Positions 51,201 to 63,200 of a stretch of DNA of 64,000 nt are shown here, piece by piece. The position numbers and the translations under genes are program-made. Source of the DNA: Eledone cirrhosa (Eukaryota); contig OZ024741.1 in assembly GCA_964016885.1 (NCBI GenBank), forward strand, positions 356,686,001 through 356,750,000, written 5' to 3'. The notes beneath the pieces were generated by a model. The model saw only the letters and a list, made by a program, of their open reading frames with translations. It searched no databases and was not told the DNA's origin. Position 1 is the first letter of the stretch. Every line of letters starts with the position of its first letter.

Positions 51201-54200
51201 CGGGATTGTACATAGAATAATGTACAAATGTCAGGAAAGTTAACAGTATATGGGTCATGATATACACACAGATACATATGTGCATGTATGGAAGGGAAAT
51301 ATCAGGTGTAGTGTTGGTGTATAGTCCTTTCATGACCATATTTCTAATAGAAGAGATTGTTAATGATTTTCAAATAATTTTGAAAACAATCAAGAATTTG
51401 AAGAGACTCAGTAACATAACTAACTTTCCATTGAGTTGATGTTTGTAACATAAGATAAATATTCTTACACAAAATTATGATATAAGGTTTTTAGAACACG
51501 GCCCCGAAAGAATCGCAAATACAAGCAGCTGAAATGAGGTTCCACTGAAAGGTTTTTGGAGTAACATTATTCGATAGCATGCTTAGCTCGGAGATCAGAG
51601 AGTCACTCCAGGTAAAGCTGCTTCTTCTCCGAAACGAGAGATCACAGATCCGACATTATGGTCATATGGTTAGAATGTCTCAGGAAAGAATCGCTGGACA
51701 GATTTTACGGGCAAAACCAACCGGTAGGAGACCCAGAATTAGACCCTGAGCAAGATGATTGGATAGCATCCATGAGCTTGGCTGGTCTTGTTTGGAGATC
51801 CAGCCAGATCAGTTGGAAATGGTTGCTTTTGGCAAGTCCCGCTGGAAGAAGTGTTTGAGGCTCTGCCCCCACAACCCACTCAAGAATAAGTAGGCAAAGA
51901 AGAAGAAGGTTTTTAGATAAATATAAACAGCTTAGTATCATAGAACTAGAGGTGGTTTCGGACACTTTAGTATCATAGAACTAGAGGCGGTTTCAGACAG
52001 TTTAGTATCATAGAACTAGAGGCGGTTTCAGACAGTTTAGTATCATAGAACTAGAGGCGGTTTCAGACAGTTTAGTATCATAGAACTAGAGGCGGTTTCA
52101 GACAGTTTAGTATCATAGAACTAGAGGCGGTTTCAGACAGTTTAGTATCATAGAACTAGAGGCGGTTTCAGACAGTTTAGTATCAAACATCATTGCTAAG
52201 AAACATTAATGAATGACTGCAAACTCCCTCAAACCAGGTAATAAATATATTATCCTATAGAGCCATTACAAACTCTCTGAGTCAGACAATATTATGAAAA
52301 CAACAAACATTTCAAGCATTCACATAATGAAAAGACAATTTTTTCTTTAAAAAAAATCTCTCTCCATCGATCTCAATGATGAATATTTCAGTGGTTCCAT
52401 TGAATTTAATGTTTAAGTGGCTGAGTATTCCACAGATACCCATTCCCTCACAGTAATTATCACAGTAACTTTGAATAACAGGTTCAACGCATCTGATGAG
52501 CTTCCAAACAGTTACCATCTATCTAATTTCACTTATGAGGATTCAGTCTTCCTGAGGTTATGGTAAATGACACATACCCAAGATGCCATACAGTGAGATT
52601 GAACTTGAGACCTCATGATTGTAAAGAGAACTTCTTAACCATGCAGACATGATAAATCCACTACTTTTATAACACAGAAAATAATTAGATTCAAAAGAGA
52701 GAAATCTAATTGACTAAATACTACTTATTTTCTTATTCTTTTACTGATTTCATTCATAGGACTGTGGCCATGCTGGGACACTATTTTAACGAGATTTAGT
52801 CAATCATAGACCCCAGTAATTATATTTTCAAGTCTAATATTTATATTATTGATCTCTGCTTGTCAAACGGCTCAGTTATGTGACATAAACAATCAGTAAT
52901 TGTAAACATAGGCAAGGACATACACACACATACTCAGCTATACATATACACCCACATATATACCCATCCATACTCACACACATACATAGGCACATATATA
53001 AACACAAGCATATAATTATTTACATTATCAGTTCAGGTTATATTTATCTCTCATAAATTTAGCAAATTTCTCCAAGATTGCTTTATTTTTTTCATTTTAT
53101 ATTCCACTAAGCATTGAATAGAGCTTTCTCTTATTTATAAATGTCGTCTTGGATTTTCTCCAACTTTCCTAAACCTTTCTAAATCACATTGTAATTTAAT
53201 TTCAAATACTTTCTATAATTGGAGTTAATAAAAAGAATGAATGTCAAACAGAATTATTAAAATAATTGTTTTGTGAAATACAGGAGTGGAAACTAGAGTA
53301 AAGTAAGAGAATCAAAACCAGTTTACACTTTTACCTTATATTTCATGACATTTCACTCATCAACACCATTATATTTAATTTCTTTCCTTCTAAAAAGAAA
53401 AAAATCATAACCGCAAATACCATGAAATATAAGTTACAAGTGTAAACTATTGATTTGTATTGTACTTGCTTTCCCAAGACACTCCTAACCACATATTTAT
53501 CAATGCTTCATTTAAGCTATATTGCTATTAACACCTAATAGTATGTAATGGGATTTAGCAGAAAATATCTAAAAATCATGTTTGTTTTTTTTATATTCAA
53601 ATGTTTGTGAAATTTTGCAGTATTCAAATAAAAATTTTAATTTTTAATGCGATTCAGTTATAATTCTGTTTCATACTTTTCAAAAATGATTAGCTAAAGT
53701 AGTTTCATGTGGTATAGGAAGTTAAGAGTTAAAATAATCTTTCATATATTTTACCTGAGCAATATCATTTTCCAGGCACTTGAGCATTGGTAAAGCACTG
53801 TCACCAGAACCAAGACAAAGACCATCCATTGTCTGTTGGAGTAACTTTTCAGCCTCATTCAAACTAGAGACTGACTTTATTTGAATATGGTTAAAATACA
53901 GCATACACCACCATCTATTTATGGAATATAGACCGCTGAGTTTTCCCCAAGCATATTTTAATACTTGGTTTTTATCGATATCTTTCATACTGTTTGAAAA
54001 AATAGTAATTAAAAGATGATAGAGTGTTGTAGTTCACTTGAAGCATTGTGGAATATAAAAAGTGGGTATGTTTTGGAAGCTGCTATAATGCAAATAATTA
54101 AAAGATATCCTTTTAATTTAAAAAAAAAGAGACTAATATTTTAAAGATTATATTCATAAATAGTCAATTTTTCATTTTCAAATGTATAAAATATTTAACC

Positions 54201-57200
54201 CTTTTATTATCATATTTCTAATGAAAGACACAACCTATGATTTTCAAATAATTTTAAAAATAATCAAGAATTTGGCGGGATTTAGTAATATAGCTAACTT
54301 TCTCATTATTAAGCTGGTGTTTGGAGCATAACTTAACAAAAGTTCTTAAATAAAATTTAGATGGAAGGGTTTTAGATTAAATATAAACAGCTTTGAATCA
54401 TAGAACCAGGGGTGAAGGATAAAATAAGAAAATTATAAAATAATAATTGTTTCTACTTTTTGGCACAAGGCCAGCAATAACCCAGTACATTACTGGTACT
54501 TTATTTTATCGACCCCGTAAGGATGAAAAGCAAAGTTAACCTCGGCGGGATTTGAACTCAGATCGTTAAGGGACGTAACTATGCTGGAAAGCATGGTGTC
54601 TGACAATACTGCCAATCCACCTTTATTATAAAATAATAATAAAGACAAGTATCCCCCATTACTTACTGAAGTGAATGGCACATCCATTAAAATGTGTTAA
54701 ATCATTAACCTTTTCATATCAATATTTGTAATGAAATACACTGCCTGCGTTCTTCAATTAATTTTTCAAATAATCACGAATTTGAACATATTTAATAACG
54801 AGCAAGTTAGATATATTAACAAATCCATTCAAACTCTTGATTATTTTCAAAATTATTTGAAAACCAGAGATGGTGTCTTTCATTAGGAATATGGTAATGA
54901 AAGGGTTCATAATATACTTGACTATCAGCTATTGTGTTAGTGCCACAAAAAAGCACCTGGTATGATGGTGCCACAATAAAAGCACTCAGCCTACACTGTA
55001 AAGTGGTAGAACTGGTGCCATGTAAAACAGACCCTATCCACCCTGTCAGGTGGCAGTGGTGGTGCCTTGATAAAACAAACCCAATATATGCCATGAAGTT
55101 GTTGCCTGTCTAGCCTCAAAACACAAGAAACCATCAAACCCATGCAAGCATGGAAAATAGACTTAAAACAGGAGGGGAGGGGGTGACAATGATGATGATG
55201 ATTGTGTTGTGTTTATACCTTAGTCTTCTTCAGTTTACTTGATGGAGCCAAAAAAGTTCTACTCCCACTGTATAGTTAAGTGGTTGACAATAATTAACAA
55301 CTGAGCCAACAAAAAATACTTTATGTATACTAACAGGAAAAAATTGAATGAGAAATATTTTTAATAATTGAATTTACTGAAATAAAGAAAAGAAATCAAT
55401 TGTCACGCCAGACCAAAGAAAATATATTTCCATTACTGATATTATCTGCCAGTCGCAATTCATGGCAAAAGTGTCATCGCTTCTCCAATGACTGGGTCAG
55501 GATTTGAACTCAGAATGCACAGAGCCGGAACAGATATTGCAAAGCATCTTGTCTGACTTTAACAATTCCTCCAATTCTCTTCCCATTAACTTGTGCTTTA
55601 TCAACTCAGAAAGGATGAAAGAAGTTGGCCTGGGCAGGATTTGAACCCAGAGCTGTTAAAATAAAGATTTCTAAGTATACACTTTTAAAAACAAACAATC
55701 TATATTTACAACATTACTACTAACCTGTTTTCACATTCCAGAGAACTGGGTTTGGTTAGATTCAAGTAATTACCATCAAAATCTTTAGAAAAATCTTTCA
55801 ATATTGACTGAATTTCACAATGAGAAGAACAGGGTTTATTAAAATAGAAAATCTTTGTTATGGTTCCTAAAAGACTCATTGCGATGACTTGCAATATCTG
55901 GCTTGAGATAGAAACCTGAAATTGTTAAAAAATAAATAATAAATTTTCAGAATCCCTAAATAAAATAGCATTAAAAGAAAATTTATAAAATTGTATTCTT
56001 GCATGGGTAGGATGAAATTTTCCATTTAATTTAAAAGAAAATTAAATTAAAAATATTAGATTATTGTTTTTTTATTTTTTATTTTTTTAAAATTGAATTC
56101 TTGCCTAGGTAGGATGAAGTTTTTGAGTAATTTTTAAAGTGGTCATGTAGGTGTCACGACAAAAAGCACCCAACCCACACTGTAAGGTGGTCATGTAGGT
56201 GTCTCGACAAAAAGCACCCAGCACATACTGTAATTGTGGTTGGCATTGGGAAGGGCATCCAGCTGTAGAAATCTAGCCAGGAACAGTTCTATATGAGCAA
56301 GACATGGCCACCTGACCCAACTTGCCTCAAATGGGACAACCCGTCTAACCCATGCTACCATGGAAAGTGAACGTTAAACGATGATGATGATATATTGATG
56401 TCAATTCCTACAGCTAAGAACCCAACTCTGAATAAAAGGGTCAAGAGTACTTTTTCTTCAATAGAAGTGGAACGGAAGCGTTAAGTTTCATGCTTATTGT
56501 GTTATCTTTGAACAGATACATAAATTTCCCTGCTCTAGTTTGCTTTGCTGAACAAACAGCTGTCTCTTGTTCCTACTTCATGGCTGAGTGGCTACATGTT
56601 GGAAGAAATAAATATAAACAGAAATATTTATTTATATTTATATAGATACAAATACGAGGGTGGACCGAAAAGTTCATAGGCTGACTATGAAGGAGTGATG
56701 TTAGAGCTGTGAAATCTTGCATGCATTAATTTCAACTCTTCTTATTCATAATTGCATTATTTCTTTCCAGATAAAATGATATCTGACTGTTCAAAGAAGA
56801 CTTTAAAAGTAACTAGTCTTCTCTTGAAAATGTACAAAAATTTGGCACCGTGGTGTTATCAAGTACCTGCAGAAAAGGGGTTTAGCCCTAAAAGACATTC
56901 ATGCTGACATGGTTGCTACATTAAGGGATGACCCTCCAGCTTTATCAACAGCGTAAAAGTGGGCAGTTGAATTTAGAAGAGGAAGGGAGAGTCTTGAAGA
57001 TGACCCAAGATCTGGACGTCCTGCAACTGCAACCACTGAGGAAAGCATTGATCATGTTCACCACATGGTGATAGATAACAGGTGACTGACTATAATTCAA
57101 ATAACCAATGCTATTAGCATATCCCAAGAGAGAGTTAAGAATATTCTGCACAACAAACTTGGCATGACAAAGGTTTCTGCTTGGTGGGTGCCATGTCTTC

Positions 57201-60200
57201 TGACACCTGATCAAAAGTGCACCAAGCTGATCACATCACGGGGGAAATCTGACATTGCTTGAAGCAGATCCTTGAACATTTCCTAACCCAGGCTGAGCGT
57301 TGGATTCATCACTTTGAGCCAGAGACAGAGCGACAATCCTTACAGTGGAAACACCCCTCCTCATCTGCTCCAAAGAAGGCCAAATCATGGCCTCAGACTT
57401 TTAGGATGCAAAAGGCGTTGTGTTTAAGGGCCACACCATCAACGGAGAGTACTATGACAACTTGCTGAGGCAGTTATGAACCTTTCAAGACAATCACCCA
57501 GGAAAACTGACAAAAGGTGTCTTGCTTCATGAGGACAATGTTCCAGTACACAAGTCCTTGGTTTCAATGTCTACTGTGCGTGACTGTGGCTTTGAACTGG
57601 TTGATCACCCTCCCTATTCTCTTGATTTGGCCCTATCTGACTATCATCTGTTTCCAAACATAAAAAAATTCTTGGCTAGGAACCAGTATCACAGTGATGA
57701 TGATGTTATGTTTGCTGTTGATGACTTTTTTGATGACCAACAGGATGAAAGCTTCTTCACCAATGGGATCCAAGCACTGTAACACCAATGGAAGAAGTGT
57801 GTGGACCTCATTTGGTCTGTAACTACTTGAAATTGCATGGGCAACTAAAACCTTTAGCAAAAGCATGGTACATACTACCAAGTCATACTTAAGTGTGAGT
57901 GATGGCTGTAGTTTTTGATACATTGATATTATAGCGAGTTTACTGGGTTGTATGAATGTAACAAGGAATACATTGTTTGTGTGTATAATATTTAATTAAC
58001 AATGGTAGATAGTATAGTTGACATGTCAAAGATGAGGATGGTAGAATGAAGCAAAGTTAGTAGTTACCGTTTTGATTGCCAGGCAAACGCGGCTGGCAGA
58101 GGACGCCTGGCTAAGGCCAGGCGCCTGTTGGCCAAATGAATGGCAATGCCAAATGAGAGGCTCTTGGCCTGGTGCCAAAAAGGCAATGAGAGAAAGAGAG
58201 CTTAAAGTTGTTAGTTTTATAGGGCTCTGACCGGAAGTTACAGAAAGGGCCCCACTTCCCGTCCAGACGTTAATCCAAACAAGGGAGACAACCGCTACAA
58301 TATTATCCAATAACAAAAATGGACAAAACGAAAAATATCACCCAACACTATCACTCTTAAACATTCTGGGCTATTGATTTCTTTGTTGGTGTTGCCTTCT
58401 AAAAAGGGCAACACCAACGTTCTTTTCTATAGCATGTAATTGAAGAAGTACATATATCTTCCCCTTCCCCACTGCCACCACCATCATCATACCTTTAGAA
58501 AACATTTTTTCAGACTCATTTTTATTGTTATTGTCTACTTGCTATATTGTAGAATAAAGTTGATCAAGTGATTCAATTTTTAAATTAATTCAATATTCAC
58601 TTAACTCTTTTGTTGTTATATTTCTAATAAAACACACTACCTATGATTTACAAATAATCTTTAAAATAATCAAGAATTTTGAGGGATTTAGTAATACAAT
58701 TAACCTTCCCATTGTTAATCCTTTTGATACCAACTTGCTTGAAACCACTCCTAGTTTTCTGATATAAAACTGCCCATTTAAAATGCATAGACTGGAGAGA
58801 AATGAAGCAGCCATGCTTCGCTGGATGTAATGTGAGAGAAAGGCAGAGGTTGGATGAACTGAGAGAGAAGCTGGGTTTAAGAGGAACCGAGGTGGCGTAC
58901 AGGAGAGAAAACTGCATTGGTACAGACGTGATGCAAATGGATGATGATCAATGGGTGAAGAAGTACCAGGAAATGCCAGTGGATGGAAGCCGCAGTAGAG
59001 GTAAACCGAGAAAGACCTGGGCAGATGTGATGAGAGCTGACCTCAAATTGCTGAGATTTACAGAGATGAAGAAATGCTGTGAGTGGAGAGATACTGTGCT
59101 GAAAAGGACTCGTCCAACTCATACAAACGTGGAAAAATAGATGTAAAAATGATGCTGATGATCACTGAAGAAAGTCTTTTAAGACTGAAAACTCTGAAAA
59201 ATAAAACATGTTTGTTTCACTATACACATTGTCTGGTCTTTTCTAAATTTAATAAAATATTAATCTTACATTTGATGGAGATTTACTCATCCCTCTGAGA
59301 AGTTCAATACAAGTTGAAACCAACAAACTGATATCTTCAATAATGTGATCCCAAATGTTCCATTCAACATATTTTAAAATAAGACTGCAGTAGATATGAA
59401 GGAGTTCTGTGTGGTCCATCTGATGAAATATATTACATATCATAGAATTAGTTTTCTAGGAGATTCTATGTGGTATTTACTAGACATTAATATAAAGAAA
59501 AAAAAGCCAAGATAGTTTACTTTATTAGCCACAAGACAAATAGATAGATAGGCAATTAACTCTTAATGTCCTGTACTATATGAAACCACATTAGCAAAGC
59601 ATTCTTAAAAAGTACAAAGCATCACATCAAATTAAAGTCATTGATTTACAAAGATCTGTCTAGTAGTAAAGACACTAGAAATATTTGAATGACAAACCCA
59701 TTTTTAGATATGTTCTGCTAAATCATTACAAGATGCTAAGAGTTATGAGTGGAATTAACAGCAGCGTGAATATGTGACAACTAAAATGAAAACATTGTTT
59801 GATCATAAACAACAGGAATCACAAATTATTTAAAATTAATTTTATTAATATTCTATTCTTATTATCATCATTTTATATTCCCGTTTCATGCATATTTTGG
59901 ATGGGTTGTCAAGGTTTGTGGCTAGATGGGTCAAGGAACCACATCACGTTCCTATGTTCCATTTTTGGTATAGTTTCTACAATTAGATACTCTTCCAACA
60001 ACTTTACAGGGTGTACTGGGTGCATTTTATTATGGTTGCTCTATAAAAGTTGTTACATCCTCAGCAAAACTAAAGAATCCTCCTAGCTCAAAAAATAAAA
60101 TTGAAGAAAATGTTTAATCCCTAAAGTCTAACCCCCACCACAATTTTCATATAAGACTTATCCTACATATTTTAGTTGGAATTTAAAAGATCTGAATGTT

Positions 60201-63200
60201 TCTACAAATTATTAGAATAGATGTTGTTATTGGCCACTGATTGAACAGTCATAAGATATGCAGGTAGTTGCCAGTCAAATAATGAGGTCTGACCTGCAGT
60301 CCCTTCTTCTCTGTTACTGTGAGTTCTCATTTGGAAATCACCCTGGGCTAAACTAAGCACTGACATGTATGCAGCAATTGCCAACTGGTATTCATTCCAG
60401 CTCATTGCATTATAAGTTCAAATCCTGTTGCACCCTACTTAGGTGGAAGACAATTTGTCACTTGGCTTTAACATCGAAGTGAGCATGCTCAATTGGATGT
60501 CTAATGTTAACAGTGCCTGAACAACAGGGATAAACTGAAAGAAAAATTGGATATTAGCGGAATCAGATGTAGTGTGCCAGAGAGAATACTATTGATGTGG
60601 ACATGTAATGCATATGGACGATAAGTGAAGAAGTGCCAGTGAAAAGCAGCTGCAGTAGAAGAAGATCGAGAAATACCCGGGCAGAGATAGAGCTGATTTC
60701 AAAATGCTGAACTTCACAAGAGATGACAAAAGAATGTTATGAGTGGAGGGAAGGGAAGTTGGAAAAGACCTGTCCTGATTGTCAGCAAAAGATTTTAACT
60801 ACATGGCCAAATAGTTAAGGACAATCATGAAGTTGTGGATTCAATTCTCAGACCAGATGGTGCATTTTGCCCTTGAACAAGAAGATACTTAATTTCATAT
60901 TTCTCCAGTCTGCTCAGCAGTGGCTGGGAATTAACCCTGCCACAGACTAGCGTCCCATCTCAGAAGTCTAATGCTACCAGTTGCTTAAATGCTAATGAAA
61001 CCACGATAAGATCCAGCTTCATGCATCTCTGTGCTTAAAACAGACTTTAATGTGAACTCTGAACATCCTGTACTACATGAAACTACATTAGAAAAACATT
61101 CTTGAAAAGGATAAAACAGTTCTATAACAGCATCATATTAAAAATTAAGGCCTTTACTCTAATACTGCATATTTTCACAACAATTTTCTGTCCAATAGTA
61201 AATTATTTGAATTAACCAGTCTGTTTTTAGATATTGTTTGCTAAATCATTGTAGGATGTTAAAAGTTAACTTAACTATGTATAAATAAAAAAATGTTTGG
61301 TGAGAGAAAAAAATCACATGTCGCCCACAAGCTGGATTCATGTCAAAATGATCTACTGCCGACCACATCTACCCTCCGTTTCATTATTGAAAGATCTAAG
61401 GAATTCCTCAGAGATCGCTGCAACCTTCTGGAAAATTCTTAAGCTCATTGGCGCACCTCACAAGATTACTACCCTGTTCCAATGGCTCTATAGCAGTGCC
61501 AAGAGCTATGTGAGGATGAAGAGAAAGGACTCCAACTGGTTCCCCATCAACAGCTGAGTCAAACAGGGCTGCATAGCTGCCCCAGACCTCTTCAACTGTG
61601 TCATCGTCTATCTGATGACCAAGGTCTGTGAGCAAGTTTCTGGCATTAACTTTGGGAACTACAACCTTACCAAACTGGAGTATGTGGATGACACCACCCT
61701 ATTCAAGAATTTGATCGATCAGCTGAGGGACGCACTGACCATATACCAGGAGGAATCAGCAAAGCTTGGCCTTCAGGTGAGATGGGCGAAGACAAAGCTG
61801 ACACGTCAGCAATGGCCCAGATTTCATAGAGTTTGTCAGCTCCATTTACCTGGGCTCAACAGTCACCAACAATGCAGACCTGACCCTGGATATCAACTGA
61901 ATATGAGGCCTGGCCACCGGGGTCATGTACTCCCTATGAAAGCCCCTTTTGTGTCATTGCTCTATCTCCCAGAAAACGAAGCTCCGTATCTATAATTTGT
62001 CAGTCTTCTTCGTTCTCCTCTATGAAGCAGAAATGTGGACCATCACAAAGACCCTGGCATAGAAGATCGACAGTTTTGATAGCAGAGCCCTGAGGGCCAT
62101 CGAGAACATTTCCAACTAAGAGTTGCATGCACGCACACATCAGCCAGCAGCCTCCTGTCTCATAGCCATCCATTAATATGGACATGTCCACCATCTCCCA
62201 CCAGATCATCATACTAGGGGCTTACTCTTGTTTGATGCAGCAGCTACAGGCTAGAAGAGGCCCCATGGCAGACCCAGCACGAGATGACTGAATGTTATCA
62301 AGGAAGACCTCCAGATGCACAATGTCACCTTGGAGGATGCAGAGGGGCTGGCATGGGAGCACCAGCGATGGAGGGCACTGGTGAACCTGGTCAGCTCTAA
62401 ATACAATGACACATCTGGGATCACTGATCTATGATGACCCAGTCCCATTGAGCAAGAGCAAAGAAGAGGAAGAAGCAGAGAGAAAAAAGGTACTTAAGAA
62501 AAAATACTACTTCAGTAAAATATTAACAAAACCACTTACACATTCAATTTCATATGTAATCTGACATGATATATACTTTAGGGTTTCACTTGCATACTTT
62601 GTAACAACATGGAATATTAATTTATAAACAGAATCATTCTCTCCTTTCTGTAATCCAGCTTGAAGTGGAAAGAAAAAAAAACATTTTATCAGAAAAAATA
62701 GCACAAATATCATTTAAAGTTCCTTAAGATTTTCTTTTTAAATTTGACTAAATACAAAATAAAGAATTTGTTGTTATCCATATTTTCTACTGTAGCCTCA
62801 CATTGACCAAAGCCTTGTGAATGAAATTCAGTAGTCAGAACCTGAGTAACATCCCATTGTGTGTGTGTATATATATATATAGTAGAAGATACTCGTCTAT
62901 GGTGTGACATAGTGGAACTGAATCCCAAACCATGTGGTTACAAAGTGAACTCTTTAACCACATGCCTGCTCCTAAATTAATTTCTTCAGTCTAAGTTACA
63001 AGATCATTTTTGTAAGGAAAGCATATTTAACTGAATCAACAGCAGTATATTACTGGTACTCAGTGGTACCAATCCTATAGTGATAAAAAGTCAAGTCAAC
63101 TCCAACAAGATTAGTTGGATTTAGAACAAAGAGTCATAAATCTGTATAAGACATTTAATCTAGTCCTTTGTCTTGTCTATCTCTGTACTGTACTCCATAT

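Noticed and set aside
55219-55329. Extra TARBP1 exon between 55725 and 53989
   Set aside because: The flanking exons already join in phase 2. The candidate versions either contain a stop or shift the frame.
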